Shown here in pieces: positions 34,313 through 45,935 of a stretch of 64,000 nt of DNA. The notes below the pieces were generated by a model. That model ran no database searches. It was not told the DNA's origin and saw only the letters and a list, made by a program, of their open reading frames with translations. Every line of letters starts with the position of its first letter. Within the stretch, counting starts at the first letter, position 1. Origin of the DNA: Rebecca billardiae RCC1528 (lineage: Eukaryota > Protista > Haptophyta); contig OZ251236.1 in the NCBI GenBank assembly GCA_965240325.2, positions 1,116,001-1,180,000 of the forward strand, read 5' to 3'. The position numbers and the translations under genes are program-made.

Positions 34313-35767
34313 GCCAACCTGGAGCTCAAGTGGGACATGTGGCGGCACGAGTACCTGGACAACGGCGTGCAGACGCGGCTCGTCGAGTACGGCGACGTGG
34401 GGGGCGTGCGTTGCATCGTGCCCGCGATGGAGTCGACGTGCACGCTCACCGAGGTCTTCTCCAAGATGGCGTACCACCTCGAGCGCATGGGGTACGTGGC
34501 GGGCTCCAACCTGCACGGCGCGCCGTACGACTGGCGCACGGGGCCCATGTACTGGACGAAACCGGGCGGCGCGTTCTCGCAGCTGCAGCGGCTGATCGAG
34601 AGCTCGGTGCAGCTCAACTCGGGGCGCAAGGCCGTACTCGTCGCCGTGAGCGAGGGCGCGCCGTACACGCTGTGGTTTCTCAACAACTTTGTCACACCGG
34701 TGCGCGCGCCGCACGCCCGCACGCCGGCGCGCGAGCGCGGCCCGCGATGCGGCGCAGCCCGCGCCGATGGGCTGCGCGCTCATGGCCACTCGCGCCGGTG
34801 CGCGCGTGCGCGCCGCCGCGCCGCGCAGGCGTGGAAGGCCAAGTACGTGGAGGCGTTCGTGCCGATCGCCGGCAGCTTTGGCGGCTCGCTGCAGTCGGTG
34901 CGGATGGTGCTGTCCGGCTACCTCTGGGGCATCAACTCCAAGTCGCTGCCGTGGATCGATGGCTCGATCCTCGCCGAGGTGAGCCGCACGTTTGGCGGCG
35001 TGACGTGGTCGTTCCCCATGGCGATCCCAGGGCATGCGGAGGACTGGCCGATCGTGCAGACGCCGCACCGCTCGTGGAGCGCCTCGCAGCTCGACTCTAT
35101 GCTCCACCAGGTGGACCTGCACACGACCGCTGACATCTACAACGCCACCAAGCGGTACCACACGTTCGCGCCACCGGGCGTCAAGACGTACTGCTTCTAC
35201 GGCGCGGGCGTGCCGACGCCCGCGACGCTGCGGTACACGTCGGAGGACGTGTACGATCCCGCGATGCTGCAGTACGACGAGGTCGACGGCGACGGCGCCG
35301 TGATGCTCGACTCGCTCAACATGTGCGACGTGTGGGCGGAGGCAGACCCGCAGATGTACACGGTCGTGCGGCTGACCAACGCGACGCACATCCAGACGAT
35401 CCACCGCGCCGAGAAGTACGTGCTCGCGATCGCGAACGGCACGATCGCGCAGATGCTGCGCAAGCTCGGCGCCGACCTCGTCAAGGTCGAGGACGCGCCA
35501 GAGGCCGTGCCCGGCGCGCGCGCGCCTGCGCCGCACGCGACGGAGGGCGACTCGCTCACGCCGTACGTGCAGCTCGCGACCACCGCGGCCGCGGTCGTCG
35601 GCCTGCTGCTGGTCGCCGCGCCGATCAGCGCAGGGTTCGCGGTCGGCCGCAGGTTGCGCCGGTCGTGGACCCACGCTCCGGAGCACGCAGCGGCGATTCC
35701 CGGCGCCGATGCGCTCGCGTCACCCGCACGTGCTGCTGGGCGTCGCCAGCTAAGCGCGCTGCTGTGA
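34313..35767 (+). CDS. LCAT / group XV phospholipase A2 family lipase-acyltransferase with C-terminal TM (5' end lost in the gap)
   Basis: GAPYDWR, nucleophile elbow VLVAVSEG, DGDGAV, THI. Exons 34313-34699 and 34829-35767. Confidence 0.85.
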   Translation, partial: ANLELKWDMWRHEYLDNGVQTRLVEYGDVGGVRCIVPAMESTCTLTEVFSKMAYHLERMGYVAGSNLHGAPYDWRTGPMYWTKPGGAFSQLQRLIESSVQLNSGRKAVLVAVSEGAPYTLWFLNNFVTPVRAPHARTPARERGPRCGAARADGLRAHGHSRRCARARRRAAQAWKAKYVEAFVPIAGSFGGSLQSVRMVLSGYLWGINSKSLPWIDGSILAEVSRTFGGVTWSFPMAIPGHAEDWPIVQTPHRSWSASQLDSMLHQVDLHTTADIYNATKRYHTFAPPGVKTYCFYGAGVPTPATLRYTSEDVYDPAMLQYDEVDGDGAVMLDSLNMCDVWAEADPQMYTVVRLTNATHIQTIHRAEKYVLAIANGTIAQMLRKLGADLVKVEDAPEAVPGARAPAPHATEGDSLTPYVQLATTAAAVVGLLLVAAPISAGFAVGRRLRRSWTHAPEHAAAIPGADALASPARAAGRRQLSALL

Positions 35768-36057
35768 AGTAGTAGTAGCAGTCACGCGCGCGATGTGCGA
35801 GCACCGTTTCAGAGTTGTCGCTGTGGTCGACAGGTCGTACCACCGTGTCCGTGACCGTGTCACTGATGAGTTAGCTACCTGACGAGCACACGTGTGCATA
35901 TATATGTGACAGCGCGTCAGTGCTGCTTCAGAGCCCTCACGGTCCGACGGACACGCCACACGGTCCCTACTCCCTCCCGCGCATTCGTCCGCATTTCCGC
36001 CGCCACAAACGGTTCCTCGCGCGCGAATCCACCGGCGACGGCGGCGGCGGCGGCGTC

Positions 36058-38536
36058 CGGCAGCGCTAAATCAGCCCGGGCCGATTTAAGCTTATCTCAG
36101 CCCGGGCCGATTTAAGCGCTTAAATCGGCCCGGGCTGAGATAAGCTCCGCGCGAGCTTATCTCAGCCCGGGCTGAGATAAGCGCTTATCTCAGCCCAGCG
36201 GCTCGCGACTCGGCCGCCGTGGACTCGGAGCGCACGTCGCGCGGTGCGGCCCGCCCGCTCCATGGCTGCACGCGCTGCTGTGTCTTCGGTGGCCACAGGG
36301 TGAAGTGTGCTGAGTCTAGTGGCGGGCGCCCAGCTCCACCCACCCCCTTCTCCCTGGCCCGCCCCGCCTGCCCTCGCCCGCATCGGATGCCTTCCTCGCG
36401 CATGCAACTCCACGGCGGCAACTCGGCTTGTGGACTTGCTGCCCGCATGAGAAGCATGCAGCCAACACCATGGACGCACCATCGACGTTCGCCAGTTGAC
36501 CATGTCCGCGCGTAGTCGCACGCGGGTGAACACGGCCCGTGCGCTACAGTCGGTTGTGTGCTGTTGCCATTGCACGTTGTTCAAAATGTGCTGAACGTTG
36601 CCACCGCGGCCGCCGCGCGCGGGCGTACCGGTGCCAGCGGCACAGGCATGGGCACCGGCGCAGCTCCATGGACGATCATGGCGCTGCGGCTAGTGGGCGC
36701 GCCGACGCCGGCACGCCCGCAGCTGTCGGCGCGCACGGCGAGCACGCCAAGCTCGCAGCGCGTGCCGCGGCTCAGGGGCTGGTGCGCACGGACAGCAAGC
36801 TAAGGTTGCGGTGTGCGCCGCGGTCCGCACGCACGCAACGGCCGCCGCATGCGCCACGCGCGCGGTGGCCGCCGCGCGCGCCGCGGTTGCCGCGCGCGCC
36901 GTGGCTGCCGCGCGCGCCGCGGCGGACCAGCGCGCCGCGGCCGTGCGCGACGACCGAAGGCTAGTCTGTGGCGGATAGCGAGCGAGCGCGCCGCCGCGGC
37001 CAGTGAGCGCGCAGCGGCCGGCGAGCACGCTCAGCCTCATCGCGCAACTGTCACGTGTTGGCGCCAGGCTTGATGGGCACCTGCGGCGTTGGGCCAATGG
37101 GCATCTGTGGCCCGTGCGGTGCGCGCTCGCCGGTTGCGGTGGCGCGCTCGCCAATACCTACGCATGCTGGCGCGGCCTGCTCACCGGTCGCGGTGGCGCA
37201 AGCCCCGGCTGCACCATCCATCCGCGCCGGTTGCGGCGCGCTCACTAGCCGCAGCGGCAAGCTCGCTATCCGCCACAGACTCGCCTTCGGTCGCCGTGCG
37301 CGGGGCGGTCGCGGCGCGTTGGTCGGCCTCGGCGCGCTCGCCGGCCGCGGCGCGCGCGGCAGCCGCGGCGCGCGCAGCAGCCACGGCGCGCTCGCCGGCC
37401 GGGCGCGACGGCCGAGTTACGCTGTCTGCCGCCGTGGCGCGCTTACCGGCCGCAGCGCGCGTGGCAGCCGCGGCGCAATCGCCAGCCGCGCGGCGCGCGG
37501 CAGCCGCGGCGCGCTCACCGGCCGGGCGCGCGCAGCAGCCGCGGCGCACTCGCCGGCCGCGGCGCGCTCGCCGGCCGGGCGCGCTCAGCAGCCGCGGCGC
37601 GCTCGCCGGCCGCGGCGCGCTCGCCGGCTGCGGCGCGCAAGACGGCTGCGGCGCGCGCGGCGGCCGTTGTGTGCACGCGGACCACGGTGCGCGCGGCGAC
37701 CTTGGCGTGCTCGCCAAGCGCGCCGAAAGCTGCGAGCGCGACGGCGCCGGTGAGCCCACCAGCTGCGGCGCCACGACCGTCGACAGTGTATTACTCTGCC
37801 GAAGCGCCTGCCACACTTGAGACGCAGCGAGCCGCACACCACAGCTGTCAGCCGATGGTCCAAGCTCGGTCGTGAACCGGCAGCCGCCGCGCAGAGTAGT
37901 GCGCCGCGCGAAGGGACCGTTTCGATCTGACGGGATCGCGATGATTGGCTGATCCAGCGTCGAGCGTGACCGGCAAGTATGCCAAGCTGGGCAAGCACAT
38001 GCCGCAACGCGCGAACGGTACAAGGGCAACGTGGTACAAGGGCAACGGCACACGGCAGACAGGTGCACGTGGGCCGTGGCCACATGCGTGCGATTACACA
38101 TGACACACATGTACAGCACACGACGTACAAGTACCCGCGACCGTCGATGGTGGAATCGATGGTGGAACAATGGCGTTGGCTGAGGCCGTTGCATGCGCGA
38201 GGAAGGCATCCGATGCAGGCGAGGGCAGGCGGGGCGGGCCAGGGAGAAGGGGGTGGGTGGAGCTGGGCCCGCCACTAGACTCAGCACACTTCACCCTGTG
38301 GCCACCGAAGACACAGCAGCGCGTGCAGCCATGGAGCGGGCGGGCCGCACCGCGCGACGTGCGCTCCGAGTCCACGGCGGCCGAGTCGCGAGCCGCTGGG
38401 CTGAGATAAGCGCTTATCTCAGCCCGGGCTGAGATAAGCTCGCGCGGAGCTTATCTCAGCCCGGGCCGATTTAAGCGCTTAAATCGGCCCGGGCTGAGAT
38501 AAGCTTAAATCGGCCCGGGCTGATTTAGCGCTGCCG
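36058..38536. mobile_element. MULE-like foldback element (copy 2, mismatched flanks)
   Basis: Same sequence as copy 1. The left flank GGCGGCGTC does not match the right flank CGCGCCGAC. Confidence 0.85.
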
Positions 38537-38880
38537 CGCGCCGACCGACCCCTTTCGTTTCCTTTGCTGTGTGCGTCTCTTATTCTTAGTATAAACTCAT
38601 TCTATGATTGAGAGATTCCGACGGTTCCGACTGCCTACTTACGCACAACACACTTTTACCTGATGCTCCCCCCCCGACTCCTCTACCGTATTGGCAAATA
38701 GGACATTGTTCGCGCGCGCGATCTCGATTCTTTGTATGTGGCGTGGGGATTACTTTCATACAAACCGTCCTCCTAGGACAACCTACAAGAATGTGTGGAG
38801 AAGTACTCACTCGCATATGTCTTTCGTATCGCCTTGCCGTTTCGATAACCGACCACGAGCGTCCGCGACATCGGTGTTCC

Positions 38881-40001
38881 CAAGGGAGGTCCGGGCCGGG
38901 AGCTCCTGACCAGCGAGCGGCCAGCGCGAGTGCGCGACGTCACTGCAAAGTTTTCCCTGAGCGCCGGGCGGCGGCAGCGGCGAGGGCGAGTACTCCGCTG
39001 GCGGGGCGCGCACGGGGCACAGCGCTGCGGGCGCGGATGTGCCCGCAGAGCCGGCGCGCGCGGACGGGCTGTTGCGGGAGAGTACTCGGCGCCCTCCTGC
39101 GCCGCGCGTCTTGCGCCACGCCTCTTTCGCCTCGGCTCAGGGCAGCGCGCACATTCGCGCCGCGTCAAGGCCAGCCTTGCCTGCGCCGCAGCCGACCGCG
39201 CGCGCGCCGTGCGCGGCGTGGTCGGGAAGGAACGGGCGCTGCCGCGGGGCGAGGTGGCGACACCATGCGCGCACGCCATGCCGCCCCGTGATGCCGCGAA
39301 AGGGCACGGCAATAGATCTGCACAGCTGTTGACGAGTGCTGATCACTTGTCGTGCCAAGCCACGGACCTGAGCTCGAAGAAGATGATGAAAGAGCATCAG
39401 CGCGAGGAAAGCGTCGCATCCAGCACCTCTACTTGACCACACGGTGATGAATATCCATGTAAGAGTAGCCCGCGCGCCCGTCTGGCACTGTTCTGCGTCT
39501 CAATGATCGTCCCGACAAGGGTCACGACCGCACGGCCGTGCACACCATTTGTGACAAGTCAAAGAGGCATGCAAACGGACCGACGACACGCTCGTCAAGG
39601 CGTGGCGGGGCGGCATGGCGTGCGCGCATGGTGTCGCCACCTCGCCCCGCGGCAGCGCCCGTTCCTTCCCGACCACGCCGCGCACGGCGCGCGCGCGGTC
39701 GGCTGCGGCGCAGGCAAGGCTGGCCTTGACGCGGCGCGCATGTGCGCGCTGCCCTGAGCCGAGGCCAAAGAGGCGTGGCGCAAGACGCGCGGCGCAGGAG
39801 GGCGCCGAGTGCTCTCCCGCAACAGCCCGTCCGCGCGCGCCGGCTCTGCGGGCACATCCGCGCCCGCAGCGCTGTGCCCCGTGCGCGCCCCGCCAGCGGA
39901 GTACTCGCCCTCGCCGCTGCCGCCGCCCGGCGCTCAGGGAAAACTTTGCAGTGACGTCGCGCTGGCCGCTCGCTGGGAGCTCCCGGCCCGGACCTCCCTT
40001 G
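38881..40001. mobile_element. P/Galileo-like element (copy 2)
   Basis: Duplicate of 27678-28798 with the same GTGTTCC TSD. Confidence 0.8.
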
Positions 40002-40024
40002 GTGTTCCGTCGTTCGAAGCGTGC

Positions 40025-42022
40025 ATGCCACGCCTCCGAGGTTTGCTGACGACGAGACGTGTGGCCCTCGCGGCCCTGGCCGGCGCAACGGCGGTGGCCG
40101 CGATGGCCGAAAAACCGCCGAAGCCGCCGAGCCCGGCCGCGGTTGTCCTCGAAGCTCTTTGCCGTACGTCGGCCTGCGTCCCAGAGTGGATGCACGGCCC
40201 ACGAGAGGAGGTCCAGCGTGCAATTCCGTTCGCACGTGGCGTGGTCCGGCGTGAATCAGCCGGGATGCCGACGGAGCCGCCCGCGACGCGCGGGCTGCAC
40301 ATGGCGGGCGTCGACCCCCTCGACGCGACGGAGACGCACATCGCCATGTTCACACGCGCGCTGCGCTGCACGCCCGCGCACATGCCCGACGCTCGTGCGT
40401 GCGTCTGGCGCGCGCTGCGCGAGGCGCAGGGCCGTCCCCGCCCGGTGCCCGCTAGGCGACAGCCGCGCGCGACGCGCGGGCTCGATTTGCCGGGTGTCGA
40501 CGCCTCCGACGAGACGGGCACCCAAATTGCTGTGCTCGAGCGCGTCACACGCGCCGTGCCCGCGCACATGCATCACGTTCTCGCACGCGCGCAACGCGCG
40601 CTGGACGTGGCACGCCGGCGTGCCGTTGCTGAGCAGCAACATGCGCTCACGGACGCGCGCACACGCGATCGGGCGCTGGCGACGGAGGCGCGCCTGGCGA
40701 GGCGACGCGCGCGCGCGGCACAAGCGCAGCGCGCACGTGAGCGCGCGCGCGCACGCGCCCGCCGAAGCGGAGCTGGCCGGCATGTGTTCGCGCAAGGGCG
40801 CCAGCGCATCTTTGGTGGCGGCGGCCGGGAGCGCACGCGCAGGCGGCGAGGCCGCAGCAGGTCCAAATCTCGGAGCCGGCCGTCACGCGCCTCGCCCAAC
40901 TCACGCGCCGGCGAGCGCCCGGCTGCACCGCGCCAAGCCAACCTCAACAAGGCTTCAATAATGCGCAAGGCGACCGCCCAGCAGCGCCGCGCGCTTGACG
41001 GCGTGCGCGCAGCAGTGGCGCTCGCGGACGGTGGTGGGGCAGAGGGCGCACGACGCGAGGCGTGGGTCGCGAGCGTGCGCGCCGCGTGCTCGGCGTTGCG
41101 CGTGCCCGACGCTCGCACGCACGTCTCCACCGACGACGTCGCGCTGCTCGACGTGGCGATGATGACCGTCGCGCGCGCTTGGCTGCTCCGACACGGCCGC
41201 GCGCCGCCACTGCATCTGCTCGAGGCACCAGCCGCGGCTGAGCTGCGAGCGCTCTCCGCTGTCGCTCGCGCCTCGAAGGCGGAATCGGGCTGGCGAGGCG
41301 TGGCGTTCGCCGTCGCTCACGTGCGGCTACGACGCCAGCGGGCCGCGCGCGCCATCCAACGGCGCGCACGCCCGCTCTGGCGCATCCGCGGCACCGCCGC
41401 TGGCGCGAGTGTGGAGTTGGGCCGGGCGCCGCGGCGCGTGGGCGCGGTGCGCGGCGCGCTCGGCATCGTCTGCATGGAGCGGCGGCGCGCACGGCTGATG
41501 GCCGACGAGGAGATGCTCATGCCCAGTGGCGACTACTTCTACACGCCGATGGCGTACGCGCCGGGTGCGATCGCCGGCGCCGAGCCCGCTTCGTCGCCGC
41601 CGCCGCAGCCGCCGCCGTCGCACGACCGCATCGCGTCGACCTCTGCCGGGCAGCACTCGCGCTCAGCCTCGGGCTGCTGCTCTGCGGCAGGCTGCGCCGC
41701 GCGCGTGGGCCGCCCAGCGCCCGTGGCGGCGGACGTGCTGTACGCGGTGCCGTGCGCGCACGTCGGCGCGCCGCATCGTGATCGTGCGGCGAGTGAGGCG
41801 GACACGGCGCGAACGTGCGGAGCTGGCGAGCCGGGCGCGCCCTTGGCGCCAAGTTTGGCAGCGCGCCCGGGCGCGCACGCGGACGGCAGCAGCCAGCTCA
41901 GCGCGCACGTGCGCGGCGCATCGCTGGCCGAGGTGCTGGGCGCGGACGGGCTGGCTGACGTCCTCAGCGTCATAGTAAACTTAAACTGTACAGTGTCAGT
42001 GTACTGCTGCCGCCGCCGCTAG
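40025..42022 (+). CDS. Intronless hypothetical protein (copy 2)
   Basis: Duplicate of 28822-30819. Confidence 0.5.
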   Translation: MPRLRGLLTTRRVALAALAGATAVAAMAEKPPKPPSPAAVVLEALCRTSACVPEWMHGPREEVQRAIPFARGVVRRESAGMPTEPPATRGLHMAGVDPLDATETHIAMFTRALRCTPAHMPDARACVWRALREAQGRPRPVPARRQPRATRGLDLPGVDASDETGTQIAVLERVTRAVPAHMHHVLARAQRALDVARRRAVAEQQHALTDARTRDRALATEARLARRRARAAQAQRARERARARARRSGAGRHVFAQGRQRIFGGGGRERTRRRRGRSRSKSRSRPSRASPNSRAGERPAAPRQANLNKASIMRKATAQQRRALDGVRAAVALADGGGAEGARREAWVASVRAACSALRVPDARTHVSTDDVALLDVAMMTVARAWLLRHGRAPPLHLLEAPAAAELRALSAVARASKAESGWRGVAFAVAHVRLRRQRAARAIQRRARPLWRIRGTAAGASVELGRAPRRVGAVRGALGIVCMERRRARLMADEEMLMPSGDYFYTPMAYAPGAIAGAEPASSPPPQPPPSHDRIASTSAGQHSRSASGCCSAAGCAARVGRPAPVAADVLYAVPCAHVGAPHRDRAASEADTARTCGAGEPGAPLAPSLAARPGAHADGSSQLSAHVRGASLAEVLGADGLADVLSVIVNLNCTVSVYCCRRR

Positions 42023-42380
42023 GCTCAGAGTGTCGTCACCGTGCTACTCTCAACTCTGGGAATCTGGTAGAAATAAATTATATTAATAAAATAACAGGCC
42101 ATGCACTAATGGCGGGCGGCCGCACGCATGCTGCCGCGCGGCGCCCGCATCACCGACAACTGCATGCACTGCCATTGCCCGAGCAGCGCCAGCGCAGCGC
42201 CTCTAATGGCGGGCGGCCGCACGCATGCTGCCGCGCGGCGCCCGCATCACCGACAACTGCATGCACTGCCATTGCCCGAGCAGCGCCAGCGCAGCGCGGG
42301 TGGGCCAGTGCTCGTCCCACGCCCTGCCGACGCATGCAGTCTCCCCACCCATCGCCTCTCGGCGGCACCGGAGCTGCACA

Positions 42381-45300
42381 TCACATCAGCTCCAGCCCGC
42401 CCTTCTTGCCGCTCTGCTTCCACGCCTCGCTCACCGCCTTCTTGCCCGCCTCGCTGAGGCCATTGTCACTGCGGGAGGCGCGCAGTGGGGGACGGGTGTC
42501 GGGCGCGCGGCTGGAGCGTGAGCAAGGGCAGAGCGCGCGCACGCGCAGCGTGCCCGCCCGAGCACGCGCGAGCGCGCCGCCTGCGCCGCTGCCACAGCGC
42601 CCCGCGGCCGCGCCGCCCGCCCGCCGCCGCGCGCGCGCCCGAGCACGCCGACGCGGCCGCGCGCGCGGCGCACGCTCGGACATCACCGCGCGAGGGCGCG
42701 CGGCGCGCGCGCGCGCGGCGCGCCGCGCTCGACGTGCGTCCGCAGCGCATGCCCCGGCTGGCGCCCACCCACCCACCCCCGCCCCTCCGCGCCACCCCCG
42801 CGCCCGCCCCCGCGCGCGTGCACACGTACCTGAGGAAGAGCGTCTGCAGGGAGCGGCTGTGGCGCACTGCTTCCGCGAAGGCAGTGGCGCCAGCGTCGCC
42901 GATCTGGTTGCTCCTGCGGGAGGCGCGGCGGGAGGGGCGGGCGCGCGGCGGGGGCGTGAGTGGGTGTCGAGCGCGCGCGCGCGGTGCGTGCCCGCCCGAG
43001 CATGCGCGAGCGCGCCGCACGCGCCGCTGCCACAGCGCCCCGCGGCCGCGCCGCCCGCCCGCCGCCCCGCGCGCGCCCGAGCCCGCCGACGGGCCGCGCG
43101 CGCGGCGCACGCTCGGACATCACCGCGCGAGGGCGCGCGGCGCGCGCGCGCGCGGCGCGCCGCGCTCGACGTGCGTCCGCAGCACATGCCCCAGCTGGCA
43201 CCCGCTCACCCACCCCCGCCCCGCCACGCCACCCCCGCGCCCGCCCCCGCGCGCGTGCACACGTACCTGAGGATGAGCATCTGCAAGGAGCGGCTGTGGC
43301 GCACTGCTTCCGCGATGGCAGTGGCGCCAGCGTCGCCGATCTCGTTGCCCCTGCGGGAGGCGCGGTGGGAGGGGCGGGCGCGCAACGCGGGCGTGAGTGG
43401 GTGTCGAGCGCGCGCGCGCGATGCGTGCCCGCCCGAGCACGCGCGAGCGCGCCGCACGCGCCGCTGCCACAGCGCCCCACGGTCGCCCGCCCGCCCGCCG
43501 CGCGCGCGCCCGAGCCCGCCGACGGGCCGCGCGCGCGGCGCACGCTCGGACATCACCGCGCGAGGGCGCGCGGCGCGCGCGCGCGCGGTGCGCCGCGCTC
43601 GACGTGCGTCCGCAGCACATGCCCCGGCTGGCGCCCACCCACCCACCCCCGCCCCTCCGCGCCACCCCCGCGCCCGCCCCCGCGCGCGTGCACACGTACT
43701 GGAGGATGATCATCTGCAGGGAGGGGCTGTGGCGCACTGCTTCCGCGATGGCAGTGGCGCCAGCGGCGCCGATCGCGTTGCCCCTGCGGGAGGCGCAGCG
43801 GGAGGGGCGGGCGCGCGGCGCGGGCGTGAGTGGGTGTCGAGCGCGCGCGCGCGATGCGGGCCCGCCCGAGCACGCGCGAGCGCGCCGCACGCGCCGCTGC
43901 CACAGCGCCCCGCGGCCGCGCCGCCCGCCCGCCGCCGCGCGCGCGCCCGAGCCCGCCGACGGGCCGCGCGCGCGGCGCACGCTCGGACATCACCGCGCGA
44001 GGGCGCGCGGCGCGCGCGGCGCGCCGCGCTCGACGTGCGTCCGCAGCGCATGCCCCGGCTGGCGCCCACCCACCCACCTCCGCCCCTCCGCGCCACCCCC
44101 GCGCCCGCCCCCGCGCGCGTGCACACGTACATGAGGTAGAGCATCTGCAGGGAGGGGCTGTGGCGCACTGCTTCCGCGATGGCGGTGGCGCCAGCGTCGC
44201 CGATCTCGTTGACACTGCGGGAGGCGCAGCGGGAGGGGCGGGCGCGCGGCGCGGGCGTGAGTGGGTGTCGAGCGCGCGCGCGCGATGCGGGCCCGCCCGA
44301 GCACGCGCGAGCGCGCCGCACGCGCCGCTGCCACAGCGCCCCGCGGCCGCGCCGCCCGCCCGCCGCCGCGCGCGCGCCCGAGCCCGCCGACGGGCCGCGC
44401 GCGCGGCGCACGCTCGGACATCACCGCGCGAGGGCGCGCGGCGCGCGCGCGCGCCGCGCGCCGCGCTCGACGTGCGTCAGCAGCGCATGCCCCGGCTGGT
44501 ACCCCCCGACCCACCCCCGCCCCTCCGCGCCACCCCCGCGCCCGCCCCCGCGCGCGTGCACACGTACTCGAGGTCAAGCGTCCGCAGGGAGCGGCTGTGG
44601 CGCACTGCTTCCGCGATGGCAGTGGCGCCAGCGGCGCCGATCTGGTTGCCCCTGCGGGAGGCGCAGCGGGAGGGGCGGGCGCGCGGCGCGGGCGTGAGTG
44701 GGTGTCGAGCGCGCGCGCGCGATGCGGGCCCGCCCGAGCACGCGCGAGCGCGCCGCACGCGCCGCTGCCACAGCGCCCCGCGGCCGCGCCGCCCGCCCGC
44801 CGCCGCGCGCGCGCCCGAGCCCGCCGACGGGCCGCGCGCGCGGCGCACGCTCGGACATCACCGCGCGAGGGCGCGCGGCGCGCGCGCGCGCCGCGCGCCG
44901 CGCTCGACGTGCGTCAGCAGCGCATGCCCCGGCTGGTACCCCCCGACCCACCCCCGCCCCTCCGCGCCACCCCCGCGCCCGCCCCCGCGCGCGTGCACAC
45001 GTACTCGAGGTCAAGCCTCTGCAGGGAGCGGCTGTGGCGCACTGCTTCCGCGATGGCAGTGGCGCCAGCGGCGCCGATCTGGTTGCCCCTGCGGGAGGCG
45101 CGGCGGGAGGGGCGGGTGCGCGGCGCGGGCGTGAGTGGGTGTCGAGCGCGCGCGCGCGATGCGTGCCCGCCCGAGCACGCGCGAGCGCGCCGCACGCGCC
45201 GCTGCCACGGCGCCCCGCGGCCGCGCCGCCCGCCCGCCGCCGCGCGCGCGCCCGAGCCCGCCGACGGGCCGCGCGCGCGGCGCACGCTCGGACATCACCG

Positions 45301-45778
45301 CGCGAGGGCGCGCGGCGCGCGCGCGCGCGGCGCGCAGCGCTCGACGTGCGTCAACAGCACATGCCCCAGCTGGCACCCGCTCACCCACCCCCGCCCCTCC
45401 GCGCCACCCCAGCGCCCGCCCCCGCGCGCGTGCACACGTACTTGAGGCCAAGCGTCCGCAGGGAGCGGCTGTGGCGCACGGCGTCCGCGATGGCGGTGGC
45501 GCCAGCGGGGCCGATCTCGCTTTTGCTGGAGGCGCGGTTGGAGGGGCGGGCGCGCAACGCGGGCGTGAGTGGGTGTCGAGCGCGCGCGCGCGATGCGTGC
45601 CCGCCCGAGCACGCGCGAGCGCGCCGCACGCGCCGCTGCCACAGCGCCCCGCGGCCGCGCCGCCCGCCCGCCGCCGCGCGCGCGCCCGAGCCCGCCGCGG
45701 CAGGCGCCGCGTCGTCGCCACGCGCGCGCGCGCACACCTGAGGTCGACGAACACTGGATCTGCCTTCAGATAGATAGC
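42381..45778 (-). CDS. RI/NLRC3-type LRR gene made of seven 84-nt single-repeat exons plus a capping exon; no in-frame ATG found (possibly 5'-truncated)
   Basis: Exons ~45778-45738, 45525-45442, 45088-45005, 44651-44568, 44214-44131, 43783-43700, 43350-43267, 42913-42830, 42468-42381. All introns are phase 2 (repeat introns GTACGTGTGC...CCCGCAG). Repeat consensus GNxIGxAGATAIAEAVRHSxSLxxLxLx. Confidence 0.85.
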
Positions 45779-45935
45779 TCATTCTATGATTGAGAGATTC
45801 CGACGGTTCCGACTGCCTACTTACTTCTTATTATTATATCAGTACCTCCCTGCAGCTGGGTAAACCTCATATTTTGTGCAAGGTGGTCCGCAGCCGCGAC
45901 AAGTCTACTGTCCGTTGAACGCTTTCGGGGACATC

